DNA of 63,863 bases, counting the filler, from Chiloscyllium plagiosum (Eukaryota): assembly GCF_004010195.1 (NCBI RefSeq). It is 7 parts of 7 records of this genome, joined end to end, with 100 filler letters (N's around TTAATTAATTAA, not from the genome) between each part and the next. Parts side by side here need not be neighbours in the genome. Positions count along the whole stretch, not along the records: positions 18,853 to 49,509 come from NC_057757.1; 6 more parts are not named here. One strand, given 5' to 3'. Both the position numbers and the translations under genes were made by a program. The notes under the pieces are model-generated. The model had not been told where the DNA came from. It was given only the letters and a program-made list of their open reading frames with translations, and searched no databases. Every line of letters starts with the position of its first letter. Positions within the stretch are counted from its first letter, which is position 1. Shown here piece after piece: positions 22,579-34,432 of this stretch.

Positions 22579-25500
22579 CTGAACAGAGGAAAGCCTTCAT
22601 CAAACAAAAAGGGAACCTGCTGTGGGGTTCACCACTGCCCGTGACTGCTCAGGATCCTGTGGTGAACTGTTAAATTCCAGGCTAACACGATCTTGGTCGT
22701 ACACCACCCTCCCCCTTCCTCCCCGATACTCCCAGCACCAAGCTCAGAAAGAGAGAATGTTTTGACACAATGAGCACAAGACAGAGCATAGGGATTTGCT
22801 GCAGTTTAATTCATGACTGGCCACTGATAAATTAAATTCTCTCTTCGAACTGCACGAACAATCCCTTCCTTCAGGGTGAGGTGGGACTGTTTGCATCAAA
22901 CTGCTTGTTTCCAGGTCAATCAAGCTGATGTTGAACATAGTAGCGTAGAATCACAATGGATGAGAAAAATAACAAATCTGGCTGGGATAGAAATCACATG
23001 CAGATACAATTTAATCGGTAGACTTGCGAGAACATTCCAACATCAATTCAGGCCCACGAGATCTCTTGCTTGGAGGTTCTGGTTTTAGGTTATTCATCTG
23101 TAGATCTGAAAGTAGAGGAAAACCATGGGTGAGCAATGGAGATGGAGCAAGGAGATACTGGTGTGCGAAAGCTTGGCTCAGTTTGTGAAACATTAGGAAG
23201 GCGGAGAGAGAGAGAGACAGAGAGACAGAGACAGAGTGAGGGGGAGAGGAGAAGAGAGAGAGACAGAGACAGAGGGAGAGACAGAGGGGGAGGGAGAGAC
23301 AGAGANNNNNNNNNNNNNNNNNNNNNNNNNNNNNNNNNNNNNNNNNNNNNNNNNNNNNNNNNNNNNNNNNNNNNNNNAGAGAAAGACAGTGGTGGGGGTT
23401 GGGGGGTGGGGGGGGGGGGAAGAGGTTGGGCTGTTTGATTTAGAAAAGAGCAGTTCAGATCAGGATGTGGGCTGGGAAGGCAATACAGTGGTCCCTGCAA
23501 TGGATGATCCTTTTGCTGATCAGGAAACTGCTCTTCAGTCTGCCTAAGGAGGCATAGAGTGACTCGCTCTCAATCATAAAAGTCTCTGACTTTTTCATAG
23601 ACATAGAGTCATAGACACTTCATGAAAAAGAACGGCTTGCGAAAGAGGGGAAGTAAACTGGATTTCTTCGGGTTTCAAATGTTTCTTACTGCACAGTCCC
23701 TGCTTCTTCAGAGATCCAATGTTTTCTGACTAAATGTAGAACATAGAACAATACAGCGCAGAACAGGCCCTTCGGCCCTCGATGTCGTGCCGACCTGTGA
23801 ACTATTCTCAGCTTGTCCCCCTACACTATCCCAAAATAATCCGTGTGCTTATCCAAGGATTGTTTAAATCTCCCTAATGTGGCTGAGTTAAGTACATTGG
23901 CAGGTAGGGTATTCCACACCCTTACCACTCTCTGAATGAAGAACTTGCCTCTGACATCTGTCTTAAATCTATCACCCCTCAATTTGTAGTTATGCCCCCT
24001 CGTACACANNNNNNNNNNNNNNNNNNNNNNNNNNNNNNNNNNNNNNNNNNNNNNNNNNNNNNNNNNNNNNNNNNNNNNNNNNNNNNNNNNNNNNNNNNNN
24101 NNNNNNNNNNNNNNNNNNNNNNNNNNNNNNNNNNNNNNNNNNNNNNNNNNNNNNNNNNNNNNNNNNNNNNNNNNNNNNNNNNNNNNNNNNNNNNNNNNNN
24201 NNNNNNNNNNNNNNNNNNNNNNNNNNNNNNNNNNNNNNNNNNNNNNNNNNNNNNNNNNNNNNNNNNNNNNNNNNNNNNNNNNNNNNNNNNNNNNNNNNNN
24301 NNNNNNNNNNNNNNNNNNNNNNNNNNNNNNNNNNNNNNNNNNNNNNNNNNNNNNNNNNNNNNNNNNNNNNNNNNNNNNNNNNNNNNNNNNNNNNNNNNNN
24401 NNNNNNNNNNNNNNNNNNNNNNNNNNNNNNNNNNNNNNNNNNNNNNNNNNNNNNNNNNNNNNNNNNNNNNNNNNNNNNNNNNNNNNNNNNNNNNNNNNNN
24501 NNNNNNNNAGATGGAGAGGTCAACTACAAGAGGGAGCTGATTCGAGGTGTGAGGATAAAGTTTAGGGAAGAAGTGAGGGGAAAGTTTTGCACACAGAGGG
24601 TGGTGGGTGCCAATGGAGGTGGTGAATGCAGGCATGCTAGTAATGATTAAGGTGTATCTTAATGGACGCATGAACATGGACAATAAGTAATGGATCTAAA
24701 TAAGGGTTAGGAATTGGTGCAGGATTGGTGGGCCTGTTCCTGTGTTGTATTGTATTATATCAGTAAATAATTACCCTAAGATCTTTCTGTTTGTGTGAAC
24801 TACCCAGTGTCCTGCCATTCATTAGAGACTCCTTCACCTTGCTTCTTTTTTCAGAATTGAAGTATATAAAATTTTGAGGGGCATGTCAGAGTCATTCCTG
24901 ATGAAGGGCTTTTGCCCAAAAAGTCAATTTTTCTGCTCCTCAGATGCTGCCTGACCTGCTGTGCTTTTCCAGAACCACTCTAATCTCCAGCATCGGCAGT
25001 ACCCACGTTCACCTGGATAGTCAGAGTCCCTTTCCCCAGAGTGGAAATATCAAATATGAGAGGACATACCTTTAAAGAGAAGGGTGCGAGGTAGTTTAAA
25101 AGACATGTGAGAAGGAAGGCTTTTGTTCAGAGTCATGCCTGGATCATGTGACCAGGCCAGGTGATAGAAAAAGATACAATAGCAAAGTTGAAGAGGCGTT
25201 TAGACAAATGCATGACCAGGCAGGAAATTGAGAGATACCAATCATGTACAGGCAGCTGGGATTAGATTAGAATGGCAAGATGGTCAGCATTACCCACCTT
25301 TAAGACTTTCATTAGAACTGACCTAATATCTCTTTCTAGGGTTTTGAGTCAGATTTATGGAGGCTTTTTCCCTACCTCCCAGGTATGCCCTCTCATATTT
25401 GGTATTTCAACTGTGGAGATGGAGAGGTCAACTACAAGAGGGAGCTGATTCGAGGTGTGAGGATAAAGTTTAGGGAAGAAGTGAGGGGAAAGTTTTGCAC

Positions 25501-26586
25501 ACATACGGTGGTGGGTGCCAATGGAGGTGTGAATGCAGGCATGTTAGTAATGATTAAGGTGTATCTTAATGGACACATGAACATGGACAATAAGTAATGG
25601 ATCTAAATAAGGGTCTCGGGCGCTGTGAGGCAGCAGTGCTAACCACTGTTGGCTGCTTCATTACATGAAAGGCTCCACGTAAATATAGAACAAAATGAGA
25701 ACAAGGCTAAAAGAGTGACACACTGCCTCAGCTTTTCCACTTGCACTTATCTGGATACAAATGCAAGAATGCCAAATTTATGACAACAGTTTACACTGCC
25801 AAGTACTTATTGGTTTGCACTGTGGGAGGAATCCTATGCAGACATAGGAAAAACATGCAAACTCTACACAGCCAGTTGTTCAAGGATGGAATCAAATTCA
25901 GGTCCCTGGTGCTGTGTGGTAGGAGAGTTAACCATTGGGCCACCATATTTGCAGAGGCTCTGACGCCACCAATAAACTATGGGGAGCTTATAGTTCCCCC
26001 AGATGATTTCTCCCTTGGTAACGTTTCAGCCAATCACAGCCAACCCATCAACCAATCCCCAGCAACCTTTCCTCCAGTCGAAAAAATGAGGTGGTCAGAG
26101 GTGCTAGATAAACACAGTGCACTGTATCTAAAAGGGAGATGTGTTGCCTAAGCTTTTACCTCGTGCACTCATCCGGATACCAACACACGAATGCCAAATT
26201 TATGGCAACAATTCATAGTTCGGTTGGTAGGGGCAGGGAGGATGTTGCTTGGTTGGCACTTCTGCCCTGATTAGCCTGTTCCTGTGTTGTTGCTGTCTCC
26301 ACAACCTGTCCATCCTTGGGTCACCTTCTGGGGACTTACTCAAGTGAACCTGTATTGCATTTGGGTTCACTGAACTCTTGATGGCTGTAGTTTTCAGAAT
26401 TCACAGGCCCAGCGACGTGAGAGGGAGGCCATTTGGCCCAATAGCATGGTGCGTGCCCTCCTGTCAGCCCGGGCTCCATAGCACTTCACTTTCTGCTGCT
26501 TCATTCTCCCACCTCCCTCGCACCCCCCGTTACCTTCTTCTCTTTAACACATGCACGCCAATCGCTTGTGACAAGAACGCGTGTGC

Positions 26587-26592
26587 TTTATT
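26587..26592 (-). terminator. Candidate poly(A) signal of the B7-like gene
   Basis: AATAAA on the minus strand in unique sequence, ~1.2 kb past the stop codon. Confidence 0.3.
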
Positions 26593-27784
26593 TTTAGATG
26601 AGACAGACAATAGGTTTACAAACACAGTGGGTGTTGTACCACTGAGGCCAACCACTGCTACTGTAAGCAGTCATACGAGTCATGCATTATATCGAACTGT
26701 CCAATGACTGACCGCGGTTGACCCCCGAAATGTACATGCACATCGTATTGCAATATTCACCCTTTTCTCTAAACAAATAATTTACCGTTTAAATATCAAA
26801 CTCCTTGTACTATCTGAAGGCTTTTGAAGAAGCTAGCCGGTTCAAGGGTACTTAAGGATGGTGAAGCTCACCATTGGCACACAGGAAAAATTAACAGACC
26901 CTCTCTACCCATTGGCTTATCTCTCTGTCGATTTTTGATTTATTGGTTCACGGGATGTGGGCATCACAAGCTTTTTTGGCTTGTGTGAACTCAGTTGATT
27001 TGCCATACAGTTTTGTGCCAACAGTGAGGGTTCACTCCAGCTGAGATTACCACAGAACGATCTCCCGGTCTCCTCACAGGAGACATGCTGACCCTCAGGT
27101 TAAACCACCACCCAATTTTTCTTATTGCCCGCCCCTAGTTGCCCCTTGAGAAGGTGGTGGAGAGCTGCCTTCCTGAACCGCCGCTGTGGGTTGACCTGCA
27201 AATGCTCTTAGGGATGGAATTCCAGGATTTTGACAAAGTGGCACTGAAGGAAGGGGCGATATATTTCCAAGTCAGAATGGTGAGTGGCTCGGAGGGGAAC
27301 CTGCAGTGAGGTTGGTGTTTCCATGTATCTGCTGCCCCTGTCCTTCCAGATAGAAGTGGTCATGGGTTTGGAAGGTGCTGCCTGAGGATCTTTGGTGAAT
27401 TTCTGCACTGCATCTTTTAGATGGTACAAACTGCTGCTACTGAGCGTCGATTGTGGAGGGAATGGATGCTTGTGGATGGAATTAAGTCTTGGTTAACAAC
27501 TTGTGTCTTACCCCATGGTACCCAACATCCCAAATTTCATAACAACTCTCCACCCCTCCCCCCCCCCAACACTGAATGCATTCAACTCAAACAAAATCCT
27601 TTGGCTTCTTGTCTTGAATATTCTCACGACTGAACTCCCCCCAACCCACAAGCTTCAGTGGACAAGGAGAATTCTGATGCTTTAGAGGCTGTGTTCTGAG
27701 ACTCTCCAGCCAAGGCTGTGGGAGGAAGGAAGGCAGACCCCAGATGTCCGGATCACGGAAGGTGGGCTGGAGGAGGAGTGACCA

Positions 27785-27852
27785 TCATGTTAGAATCTTC
27801 ATCAGTGGTAGGAGCAAGACTGTTATCCATGTGGAGAGATGTGCATAGGCCC
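27785..27852 (-). CDS. Terminal coding exon of the B7-like gene: GPI-signal-like tail (G)AYAHLSTWITVLLLPLMKILT*
   Basis: Pyrimidine-rich acceptor ttgctttcctctttgttcaaacgtttag. The phase-1 frame gives a hydrophobic C-terminus with no cytoplasmic tail. Confidence 0.65.
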
Positions 27853-28299
27853 CTAAACGTTTGAACAAAGAGGAAAGCAAGTCTTTAGTAAGAGCAACAA
27901 TATGTACAGAAAGAATGTAAGAAAGTAGGAGCAGGCCTGAGGCCATTTGTCCCCTTCAGCCTGGTCCATAACTTCAGGACAGATTACTACTTTGAAGCCA
28001 ATGTTAAATCAGGCTTGGGTGAGACATTGCAATGTGGTAAAACCTGTTATTGGAATGCATTCATGGAGTGACAGAGTCATACAGCATGGAAACAGGTCCT
28101 TCAGCCCAACTTACCCGTGCTGACCAAGATCTTAGTGAAAAGTTCAACCTGAGCCATGTAAGGACCTAGAGGTGAAGTTATAATTCTGGATAATTAATGT
28201 CACCTACATGAACTCTCCAGAAACATGAGTCAAATCCAACAATAGCAGCTAAAGTATGTGGAGGCAAAATCCATTTTAACTTTTTTTTTCCCTCATTCT

Positions 28300-29030
28300 A
28301 TCACTGGGTGTGGATATCGCTGGCTGGGCCCAGCATTTATTGCCCATCCCTAATTGCCCCCTTTGAGAAAACAGCGGTAAGCTGTCTTCTTGAACCACTG
28401 TACACACAGTGCCATTCTGGAGTTCCAGGATTTTGACCCAGTGACATTGACGTTATATTTCCAAATCAGGATGGCGAGTGGCTTGGACGGGAACTTGTGA
28501 TAGGGTTAGGCTTAGGGTTTGGGTTAAGGTCTGGGTTAGGTTAGGGTGCAGGTGGCGGTGCTCCCATGTCCATGTCCTGACTGATATGAAGTGGTTGTGG
28601 GTTCGGAAGGTGCTGTCTGAGGATCTTTGCTGCAGTGCATCTTGTAGATGGTACAAGCTGCTGCTACTGCATGTCACTGGTGGAGGGAGTGGATGTTTGT
28701 GGATATGGTGCCAATCAAGCGGGCTGCTTTGTCTTGGATGGTGTTGAGCTTCTTGAGTATTTCTGGAGCTGTCTGTCCAGGTAAGTGAAGAGTATTCCTG
28801 CACACTCCTGACTTATGCCTTGTGGATGGTGGACTGGCTTTAGGGAGGCAGGAGGTGAGTTATATGCTGCAATATTCCTAGGCTCTGACCTGGCATTGTA
28901 GCCACTGTGTTTATCCAACTTGGCTTCTGGTCAATATTAACCTCCATGATCATATTGGTGGGAGATTCACTGATCATCTTGCCAACGAATATCAAGAGGT
29001 GATTGTTGAATTCTGCTGCTGATGGTCTCT
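28300..29030 (-). mobile_element. L2/CR1-like LINE 3' fragment (intronic)
   Basis: Same family as 11275-12385. Confidence 0.7.
28501..28547 (+). repeat. Degenerate telomere-like (TTAGGG)n insert
   Basis: tagggttaggcttagggtttgggttaaggtctgggttaggttagggt interrupts the LINE consensus seen in other copies. Confidence 0.55.
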
Positions 29031-29628
29031 GAGGTATGACAGAATAGTTCATTGGTTTAATGACTAGCATTCTGAACTTTGAATCCAGCAATCCGAGTTT
29101 GAATCTCAGTGGAACCTCAACTTGTTTTGTCCTGGCACCTGTTTAATTTGTGAGTGGCATAGTTGTTAGCCTCAGGCAACTATCTGTGCGGAGTTTGCAC
29201 GTTCTCCCCATGTCACACTGGGTTTCCTCCGGATGCTTGTGTTTCCTCCCACAGTTCAAAGATGTGGTAGGTTAAGTTAGGTGGATTGGCCATGCTAAAT
29301 TGCCCATAGTGTTACGTGCATTAGTCAGGGGAAATGTAGAGTAAATAAAGGTCCGGGTGGGTCGGTATGGACTGAATGGCCTGTTTCCACACTGTAAGGA
29401 TTCGAAGATTGCTAACCTCAGTGAAAGTGATCAGGACACTATGGAGCTTCATGCAAAACTTCACTTTCCTCTCTGATCTCTTTCACGCATGAATATTAAA
29501 TAGAGATCTGCTCTCCAACACTAAACCTCACGTCTCTTATTAAAAATAAATGCAACCTGGACCATCAGACCATCGCCTGTGGGATCTTCCAATGAACCGG
29601 TCGCCTGCTGGATTTCCCATGTTAAAAA

Positions 29629-29942
29629 GGGGAGGCGATGGGCCAATATATTGTCGCTGGACTGTTAATCCAGAGCCGCAGATAGTGTTCTGGGGAACTG
29701 AGTTCAAATCCTGCAATGGCAGATAGAGGAATTAGAATCCAATAAAGAATCTAGTGATGACCATGAATCCACTGCCACCTTTTGGGAGGATAAAAAACAT
29801 CTGGTTCACTTATGTCCTTTAGAGAAGGAAACTGCCATCCTTACCTGGTCCAGCCTACATGCCCAGACCCATAGCAATCTGGTTCACCCTTCACAGCAAT
29901 AAATGCTCACCTAGCCAGCGACACCCTCACTCCATGAATTAA
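29629..29942 (+). mobile_element. tRNA-derived SINE with a MetaSINE-like core
   Basis: B box gagttcaaatcc; core ctggttcacttatgtcctttagagaaggaaactgccatccttacctgg; tail shared with the L2-like LINE. Second copy at 37619-37945. Confidence 0.65.
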
Positions 29943-30046
29943 GGAAAGAAACAGTGACTGTATTTCAGCAAAGAGTCCTATTGACGGGTACGCTGAGGTT
30001 GGGGGTAAGGACTTATACGCTGCAACAGAATCAGAATCCTGCTTAC

Positions 30047-30406
30047 CTGAGTTCACAGTTAGCTGCAGCAAGGCACAGACAGTGGAACGTTGCTCTGCTC
30101 TCACGTAACAGGTATAGTTCCCAGAATCGGTGCTCCTCAGTTCTCGGAGCTGCAGAGTCACATTCCCCGTTTGATCCCAGTTAGGAGGGAGAGCTGTGCG
30201 GCCTTTAAAGCTGTCGTCCTGCTGTCCCTGCATCTCGCCCCCTCGCCTCTCTGCATGCACGATCAGGGGATAGTCACGATGTGCCTTTTGCCAGGACACC
30301 AACAGCTTATCGAGCTGCCCCTCGGGCCTAAAGTAACATGGCAAATAAATCGTGCCTCTCTGCATAGCCATCACGGGCTTTACATTTTCTTCACACTGTA
30401 TGGCCT
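30047..30406 (-). CDS. B7/butyrophilin-like IgV domain exon
   Basis: IYLPCYF...LLVSWQK...IVH...QQDDSFKGRTAL...GNVTLQLRELRSTDSGNYTCYV...LQLTV. 360 nt, phase 1-1, acceptor ttcctttgcag, donor GTAAGC. Confidence 0.92.
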
Positions 30407-30744
30407 CTGCAAAGGAAAGGAATAAATTCAGTCAATATTGAGGGTGCACTACTCTCAGTATAACTCCACACTATGAAAGCCCCACCTTCTTAATCTCGGC
30501 CTTTGCATGAGATATGCCGACCGTCAGAGTAAATCCATTAGCAATTGTTTCTCTCCAATGATAGAGCAGGACTATGGTCCTCTGGGACTGAGATGACTTT
30601 AGTTTTACCTTAACCCATGTCAGACTGCTTACCAATCTATCTGTCACCATGTCTAACTCTCGCTCAGGGTTTCTATCCAACTTGGTCTCACTTTCATCAA
30701 TTCCGTCTGACTCTCTACCTTCGCGCTGTTTCTCCATCAGCCTT

Positions 30745-30935
30745 TCACTCCCAGGACAGGGACAGCATGAGGTTAGAAACAGATTAGAGCTCCCTCTACA
30801 CTGCCCCTGATCAAACACTCCCCAGGACAGAGACAGCACGGTGACAGATACAGAGTAAAGCTCCCTCTACACTGACTGCCATCAAACACTCCCAGGAACA
30901 GGGACAGCACAGGGTCAGATACAGAGTAAAGCTGT
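30745..30935. repeat. ~70-bp tandem repeat (about 3 units)
   Basis: cactcccaggacagggacagcac...cagagtaaagctccctctacactg units; fragments also occur downstream of the Cmu4 and C-kappa exons. Confidence 0.75.
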
Positions 30936-31036
30936 CCACTTGCACATTTACAGGGAGCAGGAACATTCCCTGAAATGTCTTTGTGCAGTTCTCGGTTATG
31001 GGGGAAGAGAGTGGGAAGGGCAGCCATCTATCTTAC

Positions 31037-31100
31037 CTGGTAAGGAGTCTCCGACCAAGAAGAGAAGGCCGAGCATCAATCCGAAATGCATGGCAGTCAT
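31037..31100 (-). CDS. Leader exon of the B7-like gene (MTAMHFGLMLGLLFLVGDSLP)
   Basis: Signal-peptide-like, with phase-1 donor G|GTAAGA. Candidate upstream acceptor tcactttttcag (AG at 31272-31273). Confidence 0.85.
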
Positions 31101-33424
31101 TTCTTTATTCACAGGAGACAAGTCTGAGTCCGGAGTCAGAGATATATTTGTCAGTGCAGTGTAAGTCAATGCTGGTCCACAGTGAAACCACAGAAACCAG
31201 TACGCTGCTTGATCTCAGGAAGTTGTACAGTGTCACAATCTGTTTGTTCACAGTTTTGATAAGGCCCTTTCCTGAAAAAGTGAATCATGAGTCAGTAATA
31301 CAAACAGAAAGCTCAATTTCCAAGGAGACTGTCAACCAAAAAAACAACGGCTCTTCCGCAATAGGAGTGCTCAACCTACAGAATGCAAATGCTCCAAGAT
31401 ATGTCATGCAGATTAACTGAATATGGGATGAATGTATCGGTGCAGGCTTGGAATGCTAAAGGGTCCGTTCCTGTGCTGTATTGTCCTTTGTACTTTGGCA
31501 TGTTGTTCGGGGTTCACAAGAATAATCCCCTGGATGAAGGGCTTGTTATGGGGAGTGGTTGAGGAGTCTGGGTGGAGATTACAAGGATGAGGGTGGGTGG
31601 GATCTGATTGAAACATACAGAATTCCAAGAGGTCTGGATAGAGTGGAAATAGAGACGGCATTTCCATCGGTCAGAGAGACTAGGAACTGAGGGCACAGCC
31701 TAAGGGTAAAGGGGTGGACTGAGATGGGGAGGAATTTCTTCAGCCAGATGGTGGTGGCTCTGTGGACCTCATGGCCACAGAGAGCTGTGGAGGCCAAGTC
31801 ATTGAGTGTCTTGAAGCCAAAGTTAAGTTCTTGATTAGAAAGCGGGTCATGGGTTATGGAGACAAAGCAGAAGAATGGGGTTGAGAAACATTTCAGCCAT
31901 GATCGAATGGCAGAGCAGACTCAATGGGCTGAATGGTCTAATTTTGCTCCTCTACCTTATGGCCTAAACAAGGGATTAGTGCTGTTGTGGCACAGTAATA
32001 GTGTCCTTATCTCTGGGCTTCACGCTCCCCCAATCCCTACTCCAGTGGTGTGTAATGACTCCTCAGAACTGATTTGCATAGAAAGTATCTCTGAAAGCAG
32101 GGGGGGATTTGGTCATCCTTTATAAATGACTGGTTAAGTCTCGCTTCATGAATGTGTGTCTCAGTTTCTCTGCCAGACACATGAGGCTTCATCTGCAGTG
32201 CCTAGTCCTGGAGTTCACTATCCTAAGCTTCTCTATTTCTGCTTCCTTGAATACAATCTTCAAAACTAAACTTTTTGGCTAAGCTGTCTGTCACCTGTTA
32301 GTATTTCCAAACCCCTCACAACCCATGCTACCATTTTCCTTGATCCTTGGATTCTGAGGAGCAAAGGTCCCCAGACAGCACCTTCCAAAGCCACGACCAC
32401 TTTCATTGAGAAGGACAAGGGCAGCAGATACATAGGAACACCACCCCCTGCAAGTTCCCCTCTGAACCCCTCACTATTCTGACTTGGAAATACATTGGTC
32501 ACTCCTGTAGTGTCACTGGGTCAAGTTGCTGGAATCCCCTGCCTAAGGGCATTGTGGGTCAACCTATCACATGTGGACTGCAGCGGTTCAAGAAGGCCGC
32601 TCACCCCCACCGACTGGAGGGGCAATTAGGGATAGGGTGAGAAAGGCCAGGCCCACCCAGCCAGTGCTGCCCACATCCCATGAGTGAAGGCAAAATAAAT
32701 CTCTGCAGCGCCAGCCTCCTGCAGAGCACGTGAACTGGCCTGTTTTTTTAAAAATCAGGTCAAAGGGTGCTATGCAAATGCACGTTCAATGCCGCTCAGA
32801 GCACAGAATCAAGCAAACCGGTGAATGGCTGAGCGGGATGGGTAAAGAAAATCAAGCCAGACTCCTTTTAGGGACAGTGGGAAACTCTCCAACACTGAGC
32901 CCTGTGCTGGCCCTTCATCCTCACTTGACCCCATGGGAGTGAGCTGTGAGGCCTATTGAATGATACAGAAGCAATTCTCTCAGAGCAAGGCATCTCTGTG
33001 GACCGTGCTCAATGGCCTCACTCAGACAGGGGGAAGTGGCATGCATCTCGGCCTATCTCGGTGCCAGTGATACCAGAGTAGTTGTTAATTCTAAACCATG
33101 AGGTTGGTAGTTCCCAGCAAGATTTGAAGGGACATCTGGGGCAAAGGTGAGATGATGGGTACTGGTGACCGATTAGCCACAACCCTCATCCCATATCCCA
33201 CCCTCCCTGTTCCAAGTACTTCATGGGGCTACTCTGGGGTGGGGGACGGTGCTACATAAATGCAACCGCTCGCCCCTGTGAATCAAATCACTTCCCCGCA
33301 CCCCGGGCTAGACCAGAGTTAAGACACCCCCAGGGGCCCAGTATTGGGGAGCAACACTATGTGGGAGATTGAAGGAGCTGGAAAGGTGTTACAGCAGAAA
33401 TGAAGTCCACTGTCCCGTTCTTTC

Positions 33425-33860
33425 ACAGAGTCTTAGAGATGTACAGCACAGAAACAGACCCTTCGGCCCAACTCGTCCATGCCGACCAGATACCCTAACC
33501 TAATCTAGTCCCATTTGCCAGCACTTGGCCCATATCCCTCTAAACCATTCCTATTCATGTTCCCATCCAGATGCCTTTTCAATGCTGTAATTGTACCAGC
33601 CTCCACCTCTTCCTCTGGCAGCACATTCCATACCCGCACCACTTTCTGGGTGAAAAGGTTGCCCCTTTAGTCTCTTTTATAGCTTTCCCCTCTCACCCTA
33701 AACCTATGCCCTCTAATTCCGGACTCCCCCACCCCAGGGAAAAGACCTTCTATTTACCCTATCCATGTCCCCTCATGATTTTATAAACCTCTATAAGGTC
33801 ACCCCTCAGTGTCTGACTGTCCAGGGAAAACAGCCTCAGCCTGTTTAGCTTCTCCCTATT
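33425..33860 (-). mobile_element. CR1 LINE 3' end
   Basis: Reverse complement of the 3850-4470 type. Confidence 0.85.
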
Positions 33861-33994
33861 CTTCCCTTGTCTCAATTCTAGATCAGGCCACTCTTTCTCT
33901 CTCTCTCTTTTCCTCTCCCTCTTACTCTTTCAGCCTGGAAACGATTGGAGTTAATTTCAGAAACAGATCCCAAATTAGCTAAAATCATACTTAC

Positions 33995-34200
33995 ATCAAG
34001 CAGGGAGAAACAGGGCTTCCTCTGAAGAGTGGGTCAAGGAGGTAGGGTACTGGAGCCGATTGCAAAGCAACATTCAATACCGACCTGTTGTCAAAATTGA
34101 GTGGACTTTTTTGCTACCGGAGGCTATTTTATGCTGAGTCCTGCGTGTTTACGCGAGAAACCTCGTCATTGGCTGCGTAGCAAAACGGGAAATCTCAAAC
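33995..34200 (-). promoter_or_regulatory. Candidate promoter and non-coding first exon of the B7-like gene
   Basis: kB-like GGGAAATCTC 34187-34196; CCAAT/TGACG ~34164-34172; CATAAAA 34127-34133; Inr-like TCAATTT 34094-34100; donor GTAAGT 33989-33994; locally CpG-rich. Confidence 0.45.
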
Positions 34201-34432
34201 CCGATGACTTCTTTCACATTAACACAAACGCCTGTGGTTTGCAAAGGAAACCAGACAAGTCTGCGTGTGCTCTGACAGGCAGTTTGTAAATGAGGCAGAC
34301 CGAGGAAGGGGGAAAAGATCCCCACATGGAACAAAGTGTGGCTATTTGCCTGTGATGTGGAAAATACCAGCTCATCACATTCCCAGGCTGGGAGAGTGAG
34401 AGAATGGGGACGGTGGGGTCTGGAAATGACAC

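Noticed and set aside
23090-24683. Long ORFs containing X runs
   Set aside because: Artefacts of N gaps and (GA)n repeats.
26598-26662. Thr/Pro-rich plus-strand mini-exon as a CD8-like stalk for the VJ gene
   Set aside because: On a different contig from the VJ exon, with no TM exon following; better explained as antisense of the B7-like 3' UTR.
15355-31100. Linked receptor-ligand pair (NKp30/B7-H6-like) formed by the VJ gene and the B7-like gene
   Set aside because: The spacer at 18753-18852 lies between them.
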